In this document: positions 60,679-64,000 of the stretch, in pieces
How positions within the stretch are numbered: position 1 is the first letter of the stretch
Layout: each line of letters opens with the position of its first letter
From: Microcoleus sp.
Lineage (GTDB): Bacteria > Cyanobacteriota > Cyanobacteriia > Cyanobacteriales > Microcoleaceae
DNA: 64,000 bases
Reading direction: 5' to 3'
Assembly: GCA_052279835.1 (NCBI GenBank)
Contig: CP181291.1
Span: forward strand, 3,872,001 to 3,936,000
Position numbers and translations under genes: made by a program
The notes under the pieces: generated by a model
Database searches by the model: none
What the model was told of the DNA's origin: nothing
What the model saw: the letters and a program-made list of their open reading frames with translations, nothing else

Positions 60679-61332
60679 TTAAACTTGAGACATTGCAGGC
60701 AAACACACTTTTGTACCGCCCAAACCGCAATAGCCGTTAGGGTTTTTAGCCAGATACTGCTGATGATAGCTTTCTGCGTAATAAAACTCAGGAGCGTCAA
60801 TAATCTCAGTAGTAATATTACCGTAACCTGCTGCCTTGAGAGCTTGCTGGTAAGCATCCCGCGATGCTTCGGCTAGCTGCTTTTGGGTAGCTGAATAAGT
60901 GTAAATTCCCGATCGATACTGAGTGCCAGAATCATTTCCCTGACGCATTCCTTGAGTCGGATTGTGACTTTCCCAAAAAACTTTGAGCAGCGTTTCGTAA
61001 CTAACTTTTTGGGGGTCGAACACAACCAGAACCACTTCATTGTGTCCCGTCATCCCGCTACAAACCTCGTTGTAAGTAGGATTTGGAGTAATCCCAGCCG
61101 CATAACCAACGGCGGTTGAAAAAACTCCATCTTGCTGCCAAAACTTGCGTTCGGCTCCCCAAAAACAGCCCAGACCAAACATAGCAGTTTCCATGCCGTT
61201 GGGAAAAGGAGGTTTGAGCGGATTGCCGTTAACAAAGTGAGTTGCCGGTACCGGCATCGACTCTGCCCGTCCCGGCAATGCGTCCTGGGGAGAGGGCAGG
61301 CTCGACTTTTTACCAAATCCAAATAGCACCAT
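60679..61332 (-). CDS. msrA: Peptide-methionine (S)-S-oxide reductase
   Basis: [29 protein letters not shown] at 61332 preferred. Confidence 0.96.
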   Translation of the reverse strand: MVLFGFGKKSSLPSPQDALPGRAESMPVPATHFVNGNPLKPPFPNGMETAMFGLGCFWGAERKFWQQDGVFSTAVGYAAGITPNPTYNEVCSGMTGHNEVVLVVFDPQKVSYETLLKVFWESHNPTQGMRQGNDSGTQYRSGIYTYSATQKQLAEASRDAYQQALKAAGYGNITTEIIDAPEFYYAESYHQQYLAKNPNGYCGLGGTKVCLPAMSQV

Positions 61333-61465
61333 AGGTTTGTGAGGGGGATCTCTGATAAACATCTTTACCTTACTTAATCATATCAGATGTACAGTTAAAA
61401 TAGTGGCACTGTCGAAGTTAAAAGCGATCGCCTATAAGCTAACTTTAATTTTCGTTTTTTTAACA

Positions 61466-61570
61466 AGTGACATCTATCACTAAAAAAGCGGTAATAGATC
61501 CCATTAAGCCTGTGCGATATATCACCTAAAACTGTAAGATTTATCACATTTTTTTGACAGCTAAATCACA
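61466..61570. promoter_or_regulatory. Cluster of CRP/FNR-like TGTGA-N6-TCACA boxes
   Basis: AGTGA-N6-TCACT (61466), TGTGC-N6-TCACC (61511), TGTAA-N6-TCACA (61533), TGACA-N6-TCACA (61555). Confidence 0.5.
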
Positions 61571-61651
61571 AGGATTTAATTCTAAATCTGCGATTATCAT
61601 AAATATCAAGTTATTTCTTGATTCAGGATCGGTTCTTAGGAGTGTATCAAA

Positions 61652-61789
61652 ATGCTTTTAACCTCAGCGACTAAACCATTGAAATCTAATCCCTTTATTA
61701 CTTACCGCGATCCCATGACAGGCAAGTGGGTAGTGGTGAATCAGAATTTACCGATAGCAGCGTCCAACTCCAACACAGTTGCAGCTTAA
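61652..61789 (+). CDS. Small protein (45 aa) with NPFITYRDPxTGxW motif
   Basis: AGGAG RBS and ATG; MLLTSATKPLKSNPFITYRDPMTGKWVVVNQNLPIAASNSNTVAA*; downstream terminator. Confidence 0.65.
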   Translation: MLLTSATKPLKSNPFITYRDPMTGKWVVVNQNLPIAASNSNTVAA

Positions 61790-61847
61790 CTGGTAAAAAT
61801 AATTGTCAATCATCTAGAATAACGAAAAAATTGAAAATGAATACTAA

Positions 61848-61893
61848 ATCTAGAACCCCAACTTATGCAAGGAGTTGGGGTTTTAGATGTTTT
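61848..61893 (+). terminator. Rho-independent terminator-like hairpin
   Basis: TCTAGAACCCCAACT...AGTTGGGGTTTTAGA followed by TGTTTT. Confidence 0.65.
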
Positions 61894-61971
61894 GCGACTA
61901 CTATAATAAGCATTAAAATATTTCTTCCCAGTTGGTAGTGAAGACTTTAGTCGGGAGCATCTCGATTTTGC

Positions 61972-62045
61972 ATAGGCGAAGCATGACCGCTGTAAATCTC
62001 TGGCGCGAGCTAATAAATTGTCTGCGGTCATGCTTCGCCCCTACG
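61972..62045. repeat. REP-like palindrome (GGCGAAGCATGACCGC...GCGGTCATGCTTCGCCCCTAC)
   Basis: 16-bp perfect inverted repeat. Confidence 0.7.
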
Positions 62046-62098
62046 AATATATTTGCACTCATTGAGATGCACCCCTTTAGTGCTCACTACCAACCAAT

Positions 62099-63379
62099 TT
62101 ATAACACCTCTCGTCCCAAATAGGATTGGAGGACTTCCGGCACTTTTACAGTCCCGTCTGGCTGCTGATAATTCTCCAAAATTGCCGCCATTGTACGGCC
62201 CACAGCTAAACCCGAACCGTTGAGCGCGTGCACGAATTGAGTGCCTTTTTTGCCCGCTTCTTTAAACCGAATATTTGCTCGCCGTGCCTGAAAATCTGCG
62301 ACATTGGAACAACTGGAAATCTCCCGGTATTTGCCCGCAGAAGGCAGCCACACCTCTAAATCATAGGTTTTTGCCGCCGCGAAACCTAAATCGCCTGTAC
62401 ATAGTTCGATCGTCCGATAAGGCAATTTCAACGCCTGCAAAACTCCTTCGGCATCCTGCACTAACTTTTCGTGTTCCTCCGGGGATGTACTCGGATGCAC
62501 GAGTTTTATTAATTCAACTTTATTAAATTGGTGCAGTCGAATTAATCCCCGCGTATCTTTGCCATAACTTCCAGCTTCCCGCCGAAAACAAGGAGTGTAA
62601 GAACAGTGATGAATTGGCAACTGTTCTGCTGTCAAGATTTCACCTCGATACAGATTGACAACCGGAACTTCGGAAGTCGGAATTAGCCACAAATCGTCTT
62701 GGTCGCATTTAAAACTTTCTTCGGCAAATTTGGGTAATTGACCTGTTGCTGTGAGAGATTCAGTGTTGACTAAAAATGGGGGAATTACTTCTACATAACC
62801 AGCTTTTGTGTGCCTATCGAGCATGAATTGAATAATCGCTCTTTCTAGGGCTGCGCCTGCTCCAATTAAGCTGACAAAGCGAGGTTGAGAGATTTTGACA
62901 GCGCGTTCAAAGTTGAGTATTCCTAATTTTTCGCCGATTTCCCAGTGCGGCAAAATCCCCGTATTTTGGGGAATGTATTCGTCTCCCCAGCGCCGTATTT
63001 CGATGTTTTCATCTTCATTTTTGCCGATGGGGGTTGACGAACTGGGCAAGTTCGGCAACGGCAATAATAGAGCTTCTATTTGAGCTTTTAGGTCTTTTTC
63101 TTGTGCTTGCAGTTCGTTGGACTCTGTTCCCACTGCATTGCCTTCTGCTTGCAATGCTTGAATTTCGGGAGATTCGAGGGGTAAACCCGATTTTCTTTTT
63201 TGACCGATGAGTTTGGCAATTTCGTTGCTGCGGGCTTGAAGTTGCGATCGCTTCCCTTCCAACTCTCGCTGCTGCTTGTCTAGTTGCACAATGGGATCGA
63301 TTTCATAGTTGCCTCCGCGAGTGTTGAGGCTTTCTTGGACAGCTTGGGGATTTTCTCGGATTAATTTGAGGTCTAGCAC
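62099..63379 (-). CDS. serS: Serine--tRNA ligase
   Basis: [46 protein letters not shown]. Confidence 0.97.
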   Translation of the reverse strand: MLDLKLIRENPQAVQESLNTRGGNYEIDPIVQLDKQQRELEGKRSQLQARSNEIAKLIGQKRKSGLPLESPEIQALQAEGNAVGTESNELQAQEKDLKAQIEALLLPLPNLPSSSTPIGKNEDENIEIRRWGDEYIPQNTGILPHWEIGEKLGILNFERAVKISQPRFVSLIGAGAALERAIIQFMLDRHTKAGYVEVIPPFLVNTESLTATGQLPKFAEESFKCDQDDLWLIPTSEVPVVNLYRGEILTAEQLPIHHCSYTPCFRREAGSYGKDTRGLIRLHQFNKVELIKLVHPSTSPEEHEKLVQDAEGVLQALKLPYRTIELCTGDLGFAAAKTYDLEVWLPSAGKYREISSCSNVADFQARRANIRFKEAGKKGTQFVHALNGSGLAVGRTMAAILENYQQPDGTVKVPEVLQSYLGREVL

Positions 63380-63507
63380 AGATTTATTCTAAATCTTCAA
63401 TTCTAAATTAGCAACAACAGAACTAGGGGAAATACAACTTCTGTTAATCATTTCTCCCGTTTACTATAACTTATTCTCATTGATTTTTGGTTGGTGGTGT
63501 CACCCAT

Positions 63508-63539
63508 GAGGGGTTATACCCCACAAATAGTGCTATACT
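63508..63539 (+). promoter_or_regulatory. HetR-type inverted repeat (GAGGGGT-TAT-ACCCCAC) followed by an extended -10 (TGCTATACT)
   Basis: Fits GGG-N5-CCC; 13 of 14 arm positions match the Anabaena hetP site GAGGGGTCTAACCCCTC as recalled from memory. Confidence 0.55.
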
Positions 63540-63545
63540 GGCAGC

Positions 63546-63603
63546 ATATTAGTAGATGCACCCTGATATTTTTCTACCCCAGCCAGCAATGGCGGGGTTT
63601 TTT
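63546..63603 (+). ncRNA. nsiR1: NsiR1-like small RNA (about 58 nt)
   Basis: Core GTAGATGCACCCTGATATT matches my recollection of the NsiR1 5' motif; terminator CCCCAGCCA-GCAA-TGGCGGGG-TTTTTT; -10 box upstream. Confidence 0.6.
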
Positions 63604-64000
63604 GTGTCTGCGGACAGTTGACAGTTGATATCAATTCCGGTTGTATCGTCAGGTGATTTAACCGCGAAGGCGCGTTCCCCGCAGGGGTTCCCGTAGGGTA
63701 GTACGCGAAGCAAGAGAGGAGAGAGTTTAATACAAAACGATGAAGAGAGGATTTTATATGACTCTTCGACGAAGCTGAACTCGCCTGCTGGCACAGCAGT
63801 TGACATTTTTCCACTGATAATAATAAAAGATGCGATCGCCAAATTATCTATTCTGCTTTCTAGAAATATTCTCCAGCGAAGGCGGGATTCAATCCTATGT
63901 TAAAGACATCCTGAAAGCTTACCTGTCTGTTAGCGCAGGGACAAATTCTCCGCCAACAGCGGAAGTTTTTTTATTGCGAGATTCCCCAAATTGCCAAAAT

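Overview
This is a 64-kb chromosomal segment from a filamentous cyanobacterium, probably Oscillatoriales (Microcoleus/Tychonema-like). The assignment rests on frequent HIP1 (GCGATCGC), heptameric STRR tandem repeats and cyanobacterial gene content. It is mostly housekeeping and metabolic genes (wecB, rluE, ctpB-like S41 protease, GH116, kdpABFCD with a divergent two-component pair, rpmG-rpsR-RNase II, ictB, msrA, serS), plus two giant RTX-type secreted proteins with Pro/Thr tandem repeats and many small dispersed repeat families. Most interesting: (1) an accessory module at the left end: CHAT(caspase-like)-WD40 protease, DUF1822, HTH-like protein, a 60-aa probably secreted Cys-loop peptide, an HTH-TPR protein and a sigma-70-like protein, possibly a peptide/protease-gated signalling system; (2) an NsiR1-like sRNA preceded by a HetR-type box near the right end; (3) an unannotated 45-aa ORF behind phased CRP-like boxes; (4) an intergenic repeat inserted in frame into GH116; (5) a recombined, decaying toxin-antitoxin cluster; (6) a His-less pseudokinase; (7) a GC-rich patch inside kdpB. 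No rRNA, tRNA, CRISPR array or intact transposase was recognised. All family calls come from motif recognition by eye; no database searches were run.
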